This document shows positions 40,301 to 49,100 of a DNA stretch of 64,000 bases, one piece after another (the stretch's first letter is position 1; each line of letters begins with the position of its first letter). A model generated the notes under the pieces. That model saw nothing but the letters and a program-made list of their open reading frames with translations. It was not told the origin of the DNA and did no database searches. Made by a program: the position numbers and the translations under genes. The stretch is from a virus (lineage: Duplodnaviria > Caudoviricetes): the IMG/VR virus record IMGVR_UViG_3300032086_004057, positions 26,208-90,207 of that record; one strand, given 5' to 3'.

Positions 40301-40355
40301 AACCTCTATCTTGAGAAATTAAAACACTTGGAATGTTCTGTATTGTATCTGGCAT
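37329..40355 (-). CDS. Large tail/baseplate hub-like structural protein
   Basis: Lies between the tape-measure block and the fibre. N-terminal INMDFGINEKPTSLNLGL and LRKVLNDWCALFGCTFYYD patterns are typical of hub proteins. Confidence 0.45.
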   Translation of the reverse strand: MPDTIQNIPSVLISQDRGFAGAEAGKFENLAFIRAINMDFGINEKPTSLNLGLMNQNGIYDPTPNLDYTSPYYLKIGDDLTIKCYVKGFKKNTSSSDKTLELELTDGSHILDRVFIGLIGTHTLDERFLKSPLGEADNTAIIPLSCPPCFQNNQIGPVNAQGVQILNAIGSDFYNELLQNSPADIPANPIAINPIFTQRLLREANLNKCFTGNTVDGGYIFLGKEKFTKTSCDLAAVDYSFFELKEACRAFGIDINIFDKSEINGFSYLRKNFTGTLRKVLNDWCALFGCTFYYDFAQELATANERPTVGEIDLNSPARGKTLDQISSTAKLIKAGDDALIESISESKNLEGTFKKNLVTSYKRKRTLRSYNKTTYYGTAYKCFASSDLLTTKFRSFRNEQNFNASCYLAKYNTNIRTLFNIFLAGNDVAQGNGGNVYGCLGLQYVASINANLRREIIDECLDTETYQDIIDKFTVPVQIPDVDMFLALYSPDLAERHLEFEKNWAENVMGKYFYTNLNTFADEKYGGYKVCFTGSDWRYEAKSSLTPEPVDVSNSNKEASTSFQTRGFITERLPFAKYLWGPIPINPWGQSAADPRLKIFERSNAPWSITQEQADDYFTTKTNVNGKTNDGTKDLAEPFLPKFQKISGMIETRIRARFKGTAVDINGFLDLVKKDSTPVLVIAPKPARIGQILKVGASDTQRIITQPNFKESPFWNSKGSSDQQEIDCSKSLACEIQSSLEEEVCKPTNYCGYQVFPPSAVDPTTAFGKIYAAKEGEPFPEGVANLLGGGLTVTFWPPTNKGQIHGPIRGSLTIVGPAGTAITPNPLFPATVPLNNLYLANYKEDITSAYYQDKVEQFLGARVEDFHSVGNVSEVQIELNNLDTDSPIFNSKDPVTNEVITITNIYVQGVGFLTIEEYHELLRKNVQLLGHSSPKQNVRVDFGSLNYGTLGQYLNVQKGLVSFSAKVDQNGSSATASWTNRPAKPPAQDLFTQEIEPKLLSRNILRS

Positions 40356-40379
40356 TTGTTCCTTTTACCTTTTACCACT

Positions 40380-40391
40380 ATAAAATACACT
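40380..40391 (-). promoter_or_regulatory. RTGTAWWW motif upstream of the 40355 gene
   Basis: Minus strand AGTGTATTTTAT, 34 nt before the ATG. Confidence 0.45.
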
Positions 40392-40402
40392 AAAATTAAT
40401 TT

Positions 40403-42406
40403 TTAAGTATCGAAAAAATCATTTGTATTATTGTATATATTCGTGTTAAAACCAGTTACAAAATTATTATATTTAAGCAATCCAGCGTTTGAAACCTTGA
40501 AATAGCTGTCTTCTTCTATTCTTTTTCCGTTTACCCAAACTTGCTCGTCTATCAAACCAACTCCAGCGTTTATAAATTGACTGGCGTTTCCAGTAATCCT
40601 ATTATAGCTTTCAGATATTCTAGGAAGCACTAAAATATTGCCAGTTACATACTTATTATTATTTTGAATTTGCGAGGATATTAAAGAAATCTCACTAGCA
40701 TCCCCAGTGAAATCCACCCCTGATAAAAGCTTATACCCATTTAAATAAATATCGCCAGTGTGAGTATTACTTATCGTAAAATTCTCTTGGTCTATAAAAC
40801 CACTCGCAGTGGCATTAGTTGTAGCACCGCCACCTTCAATAGTTATCGTGGGTGAGGACAAGAAGCCAGAGCCACCAGAAGTTAACACTAAACCAGTTAC
40901 CTTTACGGTTCCACCCGCCTCACCAGTAAAAGCTGTCGCTGCGGCGTTTTCTCCTCCAGAAAATACTACGCTCGGTACGCCAGTATATCCGCCGCCAGAA
41001 TTAGTAATTTCAATTCCAGTTACAGCATACCCAGAGAAAGACTCTATAATGTTTTGGTCGCCACTTATTATATCAAAAACAACCGCATCTTGACCAGAGG
41101 AAGGTAAATCATCGAATTTTACCTTGTAGTCTACCGCCGTATCGGTTGTTATTGAAAATTGGTCTCCAGAATACTTAGCTAAACCATTTAAGAAGACGTT
41201 TAAATTTCCACCCTCGTAACCAGTGGAAGGATAATAATTATTATCTCCTAAAAATTCTGGTGTTATATTTAATTGAGTATCATAAAAAGAAGTATGAGAA
41301 TATATTTCAAAATAATTTCCAGTATCAATTTCATCTATAAAACTTATGCATTGCTCTGCATATTTTAAAGATTTAGAATAATCATTTGTTCTTTGGGCTC
41401 CTATGCCACTAAAGCCGCTTCCCGAAATTATTCCAGAGCCAGTTAAAAACTCAACCACTTGACCAAAAAGTTCACCCGAAACACCTGAATCTTTATAAAA
41501 ATTTATATCCCCACACAAACAAGTTTCTATTGTTTTGTATATTTGAGGTATAAAGCCCGTAACCCCAGTACCTGTTAACCCTGTTAAATTAACGTCTACC
41601 CCAGTTATCTCTTGTCCTGTGATAGAGTAAGCGACAGTTGTTCCAGACTCTATGCCAGAATAAAAATAATTTTCTGCTATTGTATTTTGCTGAGAAGGAT
41701 TTAAAGCTCCCCCGTATAAAATAAAGCTATCGATTTGACCACTAAAGCCTGTGTAACTTGAAGGCGTTGAACTTCCAGTTGTCCCAAAATTTCCTATAAA
41801 GAAGTAAGAAGATTCGGTAAAGTTTTCTAGCCTGAATTGAGCAACTTCGTGATCAAAAGAGCCTATATCATGATTTATTATAGTTAAAACATTTGAGCTC
41901 TGGGAAACTGAAATTACATTGTTTTCACCAAGCTCTTTTGGATGAGTATATATTCTTCTTTGATTACCAGTGTCTAAATACTCAAAATAAGCTCTATTCG
42001 ATCCGTTTACACCAAAGTTAAAGCCAGAAGCGCCTGTATAAGTTTCCATAGAGGAAGCAAGCACCCTAGCTACGTTTCCTTGAGTTGATTCGCTTTGATA
42101 GTAATCTACAAAAAATGTCCAGTTACCAGTGGATAAATCACTCGCTAACTCAAGAACGTCTTCCCCTTTAAAAACTCCAGATGAACCTAGATTACCTGTA
42201 ACGTTAGAAGTGCAAGATATAGCAACCAAAGGAAAAGTTTCAGAAATTGGCCTAGTAACATCACCAGAAATAACTTGAGCACCAGTGGGGTAATAGTCGT
42301 TAAATACTAAACACTCGCTACCGCTTTCAAAATTATAAACACCCTGAATAATTCCAGTATTTAAATTATTTATCTCGAATATATTTTTTAAGTCGTCGGG
42401 ATTCAT
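40403..42406 (-). CDS. Ser/Thr-Gly-rich virion protein with LamG-like N-terminal domain
   Basis: WTFFVDY, FNFGVNGSNRAYFEY, FFIG, FSGQIDSFILYGGALN (LamG-like); ITNSGGGYTGVPSVVF repeat; about 49 [ST]G dipeptides. Confidence 0.6.
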   Translation of the reverse strand: MNPDDLKNIFEINNLNTGIIQGVYNFESGSECLVFNDYYPTGAQVISGDVTRPISETFPLVAISCTSNVTGNLGSSGVFKGEDVLELASDLSTGNWTFFVDYYQSESTQGNVARVLASSMETYTGASGFNFGVNGSNRAYFEYLDTGNQRRIYTHPKELGENNVISVSQSSNVLTIINHDIGSFDHEVAQFRLENFTESSYFFIGNFGTTGSSTPSSYTGFSGQIDSFILYGGALNPSQQNTIAENYFYSGIESGTTVAYSITGQEITGVDVNLTGLTGTGVTGFIPQIYKTIETCLCGDINFYKDSGVSGELFGQVVEFLTGSGIISGSGFSGIGAQRTNDYSKSLKYAEQCISFIDEIDTGNYFEIYSHTSFYDTQLNITPEFLGDNNYYPSTGYEGGNLNVFLNGLAKYSGDQFSITTDTAVDYKVKFDDLPSSGQDAVVFDIISGDQNIIESFSGYAVTGIEITNSGGGYTGVPSVVFSGGENAAATAFTGEAGGTVKVTGLVLTSGGSGFLSSPTITIEGGGATTNATASGFIDQENFTISNTHTGDIYLNGYKLLSGVDFTGDASEISLISSQIQNNNKYVTGNILVLPRISESYNRITGNASQFINAGVGLIDEQVWVNGKRIEEDSYFKVSNAGLLKYNNFVTGFNTNIYNNTNDFFDT

Positions 42407-44149
42407 TTACTGGTAAAAGCTTGTGTTATTAACAAAAGTATAGCTCTGAGTGATGCTTGAGTCAAAAGTGCTTATATTAAATGCGTCAGTAGCTATTGGG
42501 TTAAAGTTACTGCCTTCACTTTCTATCACTAAGTCATTATTAGTTGTAAAACTATTTCTCAGTGAATCACCGTAATTTCTCATCTCAGTTTTGAAATCAG
42601 AATTACTGTCAACAGCTTTTGAAGTTATATTTAAATTAACTCTTTCTCTTGTCTTGGCGTTTAAATTATAAATTCCATAAACACCATTTTCGTTGCAGCT
42701 AGGTTTAGCCACGTATTGATTTAACGCTGGTGTAACATCAACTTTGTATTGAAAAGTTCTAAAATCTTCTTTAAAATTATTATTGTCAAACGAAGCGTTT
42801 AAACTAATGGTTCCAGCGTATTCATTCATATCAACGCTAAACGAGGAAGGCTGCGGATTCAAAGCCCATCCAGTATTAGAGTATAAGATGTTATAATTTA
42901 AACCCGTGTAAATCTCTTCTGCTTTTTGAAACAAATACTCTTCCGCAGTTTGAGAGTTAAGGATTGTATTAAAATAATGTCCAGAAATTAAATCAAATTT
43001 TGCTCTATTGTTTCCTCTAGCTTGAAATTGGCCATTGATAGAAACGGTGGCTCTATCTGTAATATCATCAGTGCTTACGTCTACATTGTAATCAAAATAC
43101 ACTTCCGTAGATAACCCAGAAAACAATAAATTATTATCATAACTTGCGCTTACTGATATTCTTTTGTCTGTATCTGCTGTGTCTTCTACATCAAGAGATA
43201 AAGGGACTTGATTTAAGTTGGTAACTTTACAAGCGCCAGTAGCTATCTTGTAAAGATTTCCAGTGGTTGGTTGACTACTCCTAACAGAAGCTGGCGTTGC
43301 GAATTTATCTCCTTGAATTGTGTAATTTACAGTGACTTCAAGAAAATCAGATTGGGCTCCAGAGCTTACTGATGAATCAATTTCGCTAACGTAACCTGCT
43401 GTAATTGGTATATCGCCAATACTTCCAGTCTGAATGACATATTCGTTTGTGCAAGAATAAGTACCATCAACTCTATTTACATCCTTGGATGTATTTGTTA
43501 AAACTAAATTAGCGTTTGTAATTCCGTTTACAAATTTTGGAATTACTTTATTTATATTGTATCCCGTTCTAGCCTCTACGAAGTTTTTAGCATTTACTAC
43601 GGCTTGAGCGGTTGGCGCTCCACCACCAGGTTCATTGCTGGTAAAACCTTGAGCGGAAACCGTGTGCGAAATTCCTACTGTGCCATTTTCGTTATCGTTA
43701 AATGAAACAGTTTCTTGTGGTTCTAGCACACCAAATGTGCCAGCGAATTCATCTTGCTCGAAACATTCTAAAGTAATTGAGTATTCTTGTGCGCCATAAT
43801 TTGCTGGAGAAAAATTTAAATCTCTAACTAAACAACCCTTCCAAATGTGTCTAGTGGTTCCATCCTCGTAAATCGCTAAATGCTTATAACTTTCAGCAAA
43901 CCCGCTAAGTATTCTTTCTCTATCCTTTTTAATCGAAACTGTATTTAAGTTACCCCCTAATCCAGTTTCAGAACCAATTATTTGTCCATCTAAGTTTATG
44001 GTTGCTATCTGACACCACTTACCCCCATAATAAACCAACTCTTGAGATCGAGAGAGGTAAGGCGTGGGCATACCAGTGAAAGTAAAATAATCGGAAGAGA
44101 AATCATTTCCGTATCTAATTTCAACTGTTGGATTTAAAGGTAGTGGCAT
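42407..44149 (-). CDS. Tail structural protein with internal ~110-aa repeats (distal tail/hub-like)
   Basis: Post-tape-measure position; modules end GTYSCTNEY, RISVSASYDNN and GTISLNASFDNN. Confidence 0.5.
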   Translation of the reverse strand: MPLPLNPTVEIRYGNDFSSDYFTFTGMPTPYLSRSQELVYYGGKWCQIATINLDGQIIGSETGLGGNLNTVSIKKDRERILSGFAESYKHLAIYEDGTTRHIWKGCLVRDLNFSPANYGAQEYSITLECFEQDEFAGTFGVLEPQETVSFNDNENGTVGISHTVSAQGFTSNEPGGGAPTAQAVVNAKNFVEARTGYNINKVIPKFVNGITNANLVLTNTSKDVNRVDGTYSCTNEYVIQTGSIGDIPITAGYVSEIDSSVSSGAQSDFLEVTVNYTIQGDKFATPASVRSSQPTTGNLYKIATGACKVTNLNQVPLSLDVEDTADTDKRISVSASYDNNLLFSGLSTEVYFDYNVDVSTDDITDRATVSINGQFQARGNNRAKFDLISGHYFNTILNSQTAEEYLFQKAEEIYTGLNYNILYSNTGWALNPQPSSFSVDMNEYAGTISLNASFDNNNFKEDFRTFQYKVDVTPALNQYVAKPSCNENGVYGIYNLNAKTRERVNLNITSKAVDSNSDFKTEMRNYGDSLRNSFTTNNDLVIESEGSNFNPIATDAFNISTFDSSITQSYTFVNNTSFYQ

Positions 44150-44150
44150 A

Positions 44151-46115
44151 CTAAGGGTTAAATACTAAATTTTGATTTACAGTTGCAAACCTTTGCATAC
44201 TAAATGCGGCGTCAATTGACATACTAAAAGTATCATCAGAACTAAAAGAATAACTAGCATTAGTTATATACATTGTATCAGTTCCTACTTTTTGTATTTG
44301 ATTATTGTTTGCGTATACTGAATAAGCTTGCTGAAGCATATCGCTTTTGGATGTGTTAATAGCAGAAGTCGGGTTGGGTCTTTCATTTAAATTGTTTGTA
44401 AACTGAGCTCTTCTTAATTGACCTTCCATTTTAACGCTTCTTGTGCCTAACGATGTTTGCTCTGGCGTGTGCAATATTTGATCTGTTACATTTGGTACGA
44501 TAAAAGCAGCTTGATTTGGCGTTCCGATTTTATCGTCTATAGTTACTTTTCTTCTGGCGAATGTACCATTATCAAAAACATCTGGATCATCCGTGAAACT
44601 ATATTCATAAGATAACTGTTTTCCGTATTTAGGAACAGTAAACTTGTTACTTAAATTTTTTAAAGTATTTGTTTTATCGTTTAAAGTATAAAAAGATTGA
44701 CATCTTGTTTTTACGTCTGACCTAGATGGAATCAAAGAAAGAGAATCAAACTCAGTGTCTTTAAAATTAACCGAAGTTATTGTACCGTTTTCATTGACTG
44801 TGACAATGTTATCTGATTCAGATAATTGCGTGGTTCTTTCTTCTAGGAAAGTAAGATTTTTAAACGATTTATCGTCTGTATACTGAACGCTATAACTTGA
44901 TTTAGCGGAGCTATTGTTTACATTTTTACTTGTTGAAACTGCTCTATTATTTAATGAGCCAGCGTTTGTGCCTAAATAATTTTTGTAAGATGTATATACT
45001 GTATTGCATCTATCGTAAGAATTGCCTATCTCAGTATCTAAAGCTGAAATTGCTTCTGTCAAAAAGTCCGCTGACCTTGGTTCTATTTCTCCATTTTCAC
45101 TTACCGTAACTATTCCTCCTTCGTCGAAAGAAAAAGAATTAGAGACTCTCAAAGAGTATGTAGACTTACCACTTGGAAGTAAAACTAACCTTCTGTCAAA
45201 ATCACAACTTCCATCAATCAAATTATAGGTTTCATTTGTGTATTTTCTAGATGCAACAGAAATACTTCCATATGAATTATCTATAACAGTGGAAAATTGA
45301 GTTGGTGTTTGATCAAATAAAATACCTGCTAATGTTTTAGACGTTGATATTGGATCAATTGCAGAGCCGCCAGCTTCAATACCAGATATATATGTTATGC
45401 TTAGTGAGTGATTTAATTCGTAAGTATTATCTTCCGATAAACTGTAAGAAAAATCTTCTGAAATATTATCTAAAAACTGAGGAAAAGGAACTGTATAATA
45501 TACTAAAAAATTAGCAGTGAATGGATCAGATGTAACATCTACTAAAGAGGTTCTCGATGGGTCTTCGTATAATTGAAAATTGTTTTCGCTAGTTACATCT
45601 ACATAGTACCTAGTATTTAAACTTGGACCTGTTCCCGTCATTGCAGTGATTTCAACTTCTACGCCATCTAATAAATTATGATTAGATTTTGTAAAAACGT
45701 CTGTTGAATCATCTGCGCTTACGAGCGTTAAGCTTCTTGTTTGAGACTCGAAAGTACTTCTGATGTCACCGCTGTTGTATACTTCTATTTCTGCGGTGTA
45801 TTTACCGATTCTTATTTGATCTTCATCTGTAGCGCTTGAAGCTGGAAAATCTAACGAGACTATTCGACCCGTGCCAAAGCCAGTTTCGTTTATTGTTATC
45901 GCCTCCATTATAGAAGACGAACTTGAAGCTGCTGCAACATAATTGTCTATTTGTTGTATAGCTTGTCTTACACCCTTTAAGTCTGTGTTAGAGGCGCGAA
46001 CGTCTATGTACCCCTCTACAGAAATTGTGTCTACAGTTCTGTAATTTGCGGTTCTTTCACCAAAGTAGTCGCTTCTTCTTTGAATTCCTAAAATATATGC
46101 GTTAGTGAAATTCAT
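44151..46115 (-). CDS. Tail structural protein, probable paralog of 42407-44149
   Basis: Directly after the tape measure; similar modules (SFDEGGIVTVSENG, SYSVQYTDD, LSYEYSFTDD). Confidence 0.5.
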   Translation of the reverse strand: MNFTNAYILGIQRRSDYFGERTANYRTVDTISVEGYIDVRASNTDLKGVRQAIQQIDNYVAAASSSSSIMEAITINETGFGTGRIVSLDFPASSATDEDQIRIGKYTAEIEVYNSGDIRSTFESQTRSLTLVSADDSTDVFTKSNHNLLDGVEVEITAMTGTGPSLNTRYYVDVTSENNFQLYEDPSRTSLVDVTSDPFTANFLVYYTVPFPQFLDNISEDFSYSLSEDNTYELNHSLSITYISGIEAGGSAIDPISTSKTLAGILFDQTPTQFSTVIDNSYGSISVASRKYTNETYNLIDGSCDFDRRLVLLPSGKSTYSLRVSNSFSFDEGGIVTVSENGEIEPRSADFLTEAISALDTEIGNSYDRCNTVYTSYKNYLGTNAGSLNNRAVSTSKNVNNSSAKSSYSVQYTDDKSFKNLTFLEERTTQLSESDNIVTVNENGTITSVNFKDTEFDSLSLIPSRSDVKTRCQSFYTLNDKTNTLKNLSNKFTVPKYGKQLSYEYSFTDDPDVFDNGTFARRKVTIDDKIGTPNQAAFIVPNVTDQILHTPEQTSLGTRSVKMEGQLRRAQFTNNLNERPNPTSAINTSKSDMLQQAYSVYANNNQIQKVGTDTMYITNASYSFSSDDTFSMSIDAAFSMQRFATVNQNLVFNP

Positions 46116-46124
46116 TTATTATTT

Positions 46125-49100
46125 TTATCTATTCGTACCAGCGAGGGGCAATGACGAGCTAGGAATATTAACTGTTGTAGCTCTTGGCCCATTTGCGCCA
46201 GCGGCTCCAGCACCTAACTGTTGTTTAAGTTTATTTACGTCGGCTTGAAGACTTATCACCTCTGGAGCGCCACCAACTGCAATTTTTGGATCAATTACTA
46301 TTTGTATACTGTTATTAACAGTCTGACTATCTAATAAAGCTAACAACTGATTCTGAAACTCTTCACCAGATGTCGCTTGTGAGCCTAGCTTACCTTGCTC
46401 CAGTCTGTTTAGTAGCTCCTGCAACCCTTGCAACTGTAAAGCCGCGTTCTCTCTATCAGCCGTTCCAGAGGCAATTCCACGCTGAACGGTTCTAACTTGA
46501 TCCATTAAAAATTCTCTAGCTTCATTCGCTCCACCCGTCCCCTGAAGCCTATTTATCGCAGCCTGTCTTAGATTTCTTAACCTTCCAAAAGCGCGTTGGG
46601 TGTCTGTTGTTTCAACGCCATCTTCTGCTAAGTTATTTACATTGAAGTTATCACGAATATCCTGCAATTGCTGAACAGCAGCCCCAAACAACGGTCCTAA
46701 AGCTTTTATTTCATCGGGTGAAAGTGCAGTTGGATCAATTTGTCCCCCAGCGGTTACCGCTACTCCACCAATTCTAGCTCTTTCGTTTATCATCGCTGCT
46801 GTAGCAGGGTCGAAACTTTTTAATGTAGCCTCAGATAAGCTACCTAACAAATTTCCAGACTTAACGTCTATGCCTTGAATTTCTGATGTTAGTTTTTCTA
46901 TGGCTTTCGCTTCTTCAAGAGTTATTTGTCCGTCTTCTTGGGCTTTTTTTATTAATTCGTCAAGCTCGACGGCTTTTTCACCTCTCTGCGTTTGCAAATC
47001 TTTTATCTCTTTAGCCTTTTCAATATTCGCGAATTCTGTTGCTATCGCCGCTGGGATTGCTATCATGGCCCTTGTCATCGCCGCGATTCCCTCTTCAGTA
47101 TCTTGCAAGGCGTCACCCAAAGGTATATTAGCTACTACATTCGCTGCTGCTTCGGCAAATTTGCCGCCTGATAGCTCTTCAAGCATTTGTGCCGTGTTTT
47201 GAGCCGTTAGTTGGTTTGCTATCACGTCCTCTTGTTGCATCACATTAAGCTGTTGCTGGAGGCCAAGCAAGCTTTCGATGTTGTCGGGCATTTTTTGACG
47301 TTTGAATTCTGCCGCTACTTGTGTGGCGGCGATACTACCATAGTCTTGATTTCTCAATACTTCCGCTGCTCTCGCTAAATCTTGATTACCAGTTTCACTT
47401 GCAGCTTGCTCTAACACCGCTGCTCTAGCCATAGCTCTTCCTCTTAGGCTTTGCTCTAAACCAGATTGGACCAAATCTTTTAACCCTTCTGCACCTTGGC
47501 CCATCATTTCTGTGCCAATAAATTCGTTTAAATTACTTAAAAGTTGTCCAGCGAATTGACCAGTTTTAACTGAGTCTCCTCTACCACTAGCTTGCCTGAA
47601 TCCTTTAACAGCATTATTAAACCCGCTTTCCATTTCATCAAGCTGTTTTGGATTAAGAAAGGCTTTTATTCCGCCGCCAGCTTTTAACTCTTGATCGATT
47701 TTATTTTGAGCTTGAGCAAGTCTTGTTTGTAAACCTTGCATTCTCAATTGTTCTAGTCGAGTTTGCTCGGCTTTGGCCATTTCGCCAAGTTGTTGGGTTA
47801 GTAAGCTTTGTATTCCGTCTATATTTGCTATGTCAATTTTTTGACCTTCAAGCGCTCCACCTTTTCCAGTTGCTTGATTGATCACGTCCTGTAAAGCTTG
47901 CGCTGTTGCGCCCCCGCCTTGTGCGCTTGTTTGAATTAAAGCGTTTCCTAAATTTGCGAATAATGTTTGAGCGGCGGCACCACCTGCTCCTCCTTGACCA
48001 GCGGCCTCTAAAGCTTTTGCAACGGGACCAAATTTACTTACAGCATCGAATATTTCTTTGCTACCTTTTACTCTTAACTGCTCTTGCTTTACGCCAGCTT
48101 TTTGATTTATTTCTAACTGAGCGATATCACCTTCTAATTTTGTGCTTTGAAAAGATGTTTGGAATTGTTTTGCTAATTGAGCTCCACCTTTTACACCCGC
48201 GAGGGTTAATTCTTTTGTAAATTCTTTTTGCCTTCTTTTTGCTTTTTGTACGTTTGTTGCAAAAAGTTGTATTGATTTTACAAATTCTAAATTTCTTGAA
48301 GAGGCTTGTGCTATAGCAGCTTGTGCAGCGTTTGCTGCGGCGGCTTGAGCATCTAAAGCCGCTTGAAGTCTAGCGGTTTGAGCGGCTGCTTCTGCGGCTT
48401 CTTTTGATAAATTACTTACATCTAAAGCTAATGCGTAAACTTGACTACCAGCGCCTTCAACGAAAGAACCAGCTTGTTCAGCCGTTAAACCAAGTTCTTG
48501 TAAAGTTTTTTGTAACTGTTCAGTGCCACCCGTTTTTAAATCTGCTAGACCAGCCCTTCTTATTTTTTCCTGTTCATCGTCTGTAAGTTGGCGGCCAAGA
48601 GCGTCAACTATGGATTTGGCGTCTGACTTTCTTTGTTTTACACCTTCGGCACTTATCCCCCTTCCTTCCTCAACGTCTTCCGCACTTATTCCATATCTTT
48701 CTGAGGATTCTCGTTTTGCGATTTCTTTAGCTTCTTTTCGTGATTGGCGAAACCCTCTAAAAGTAAGTGCGCCTATAAATTTATCCGCTGCGGAAGCTGC
48801 TCGCCCAAGAGCGCTTGTAAGCTTCGAAGAGCCAAAACCCAATGTCTCCGCCGCCTTTGATACTACTTGAAGCTTCTCAGCCCCAAATTTAACAATGGCC
48901 CCAAGACCAACAAGCGCCGCATAGACTACACCTACAATGGCTGCTAGTTTAGCAAACAATACTACACCAAGCTTTAGACCCATTAATAATGCTCCAAACA
49001 TTTTTACGACAGATAAACCCGCAACAGTGAGCCCTGCAAACACCCCACCACCTGCCACCGCAGACGCGGTGCCCGCTACGGCAGTAGCGCCCGTTGCGGC

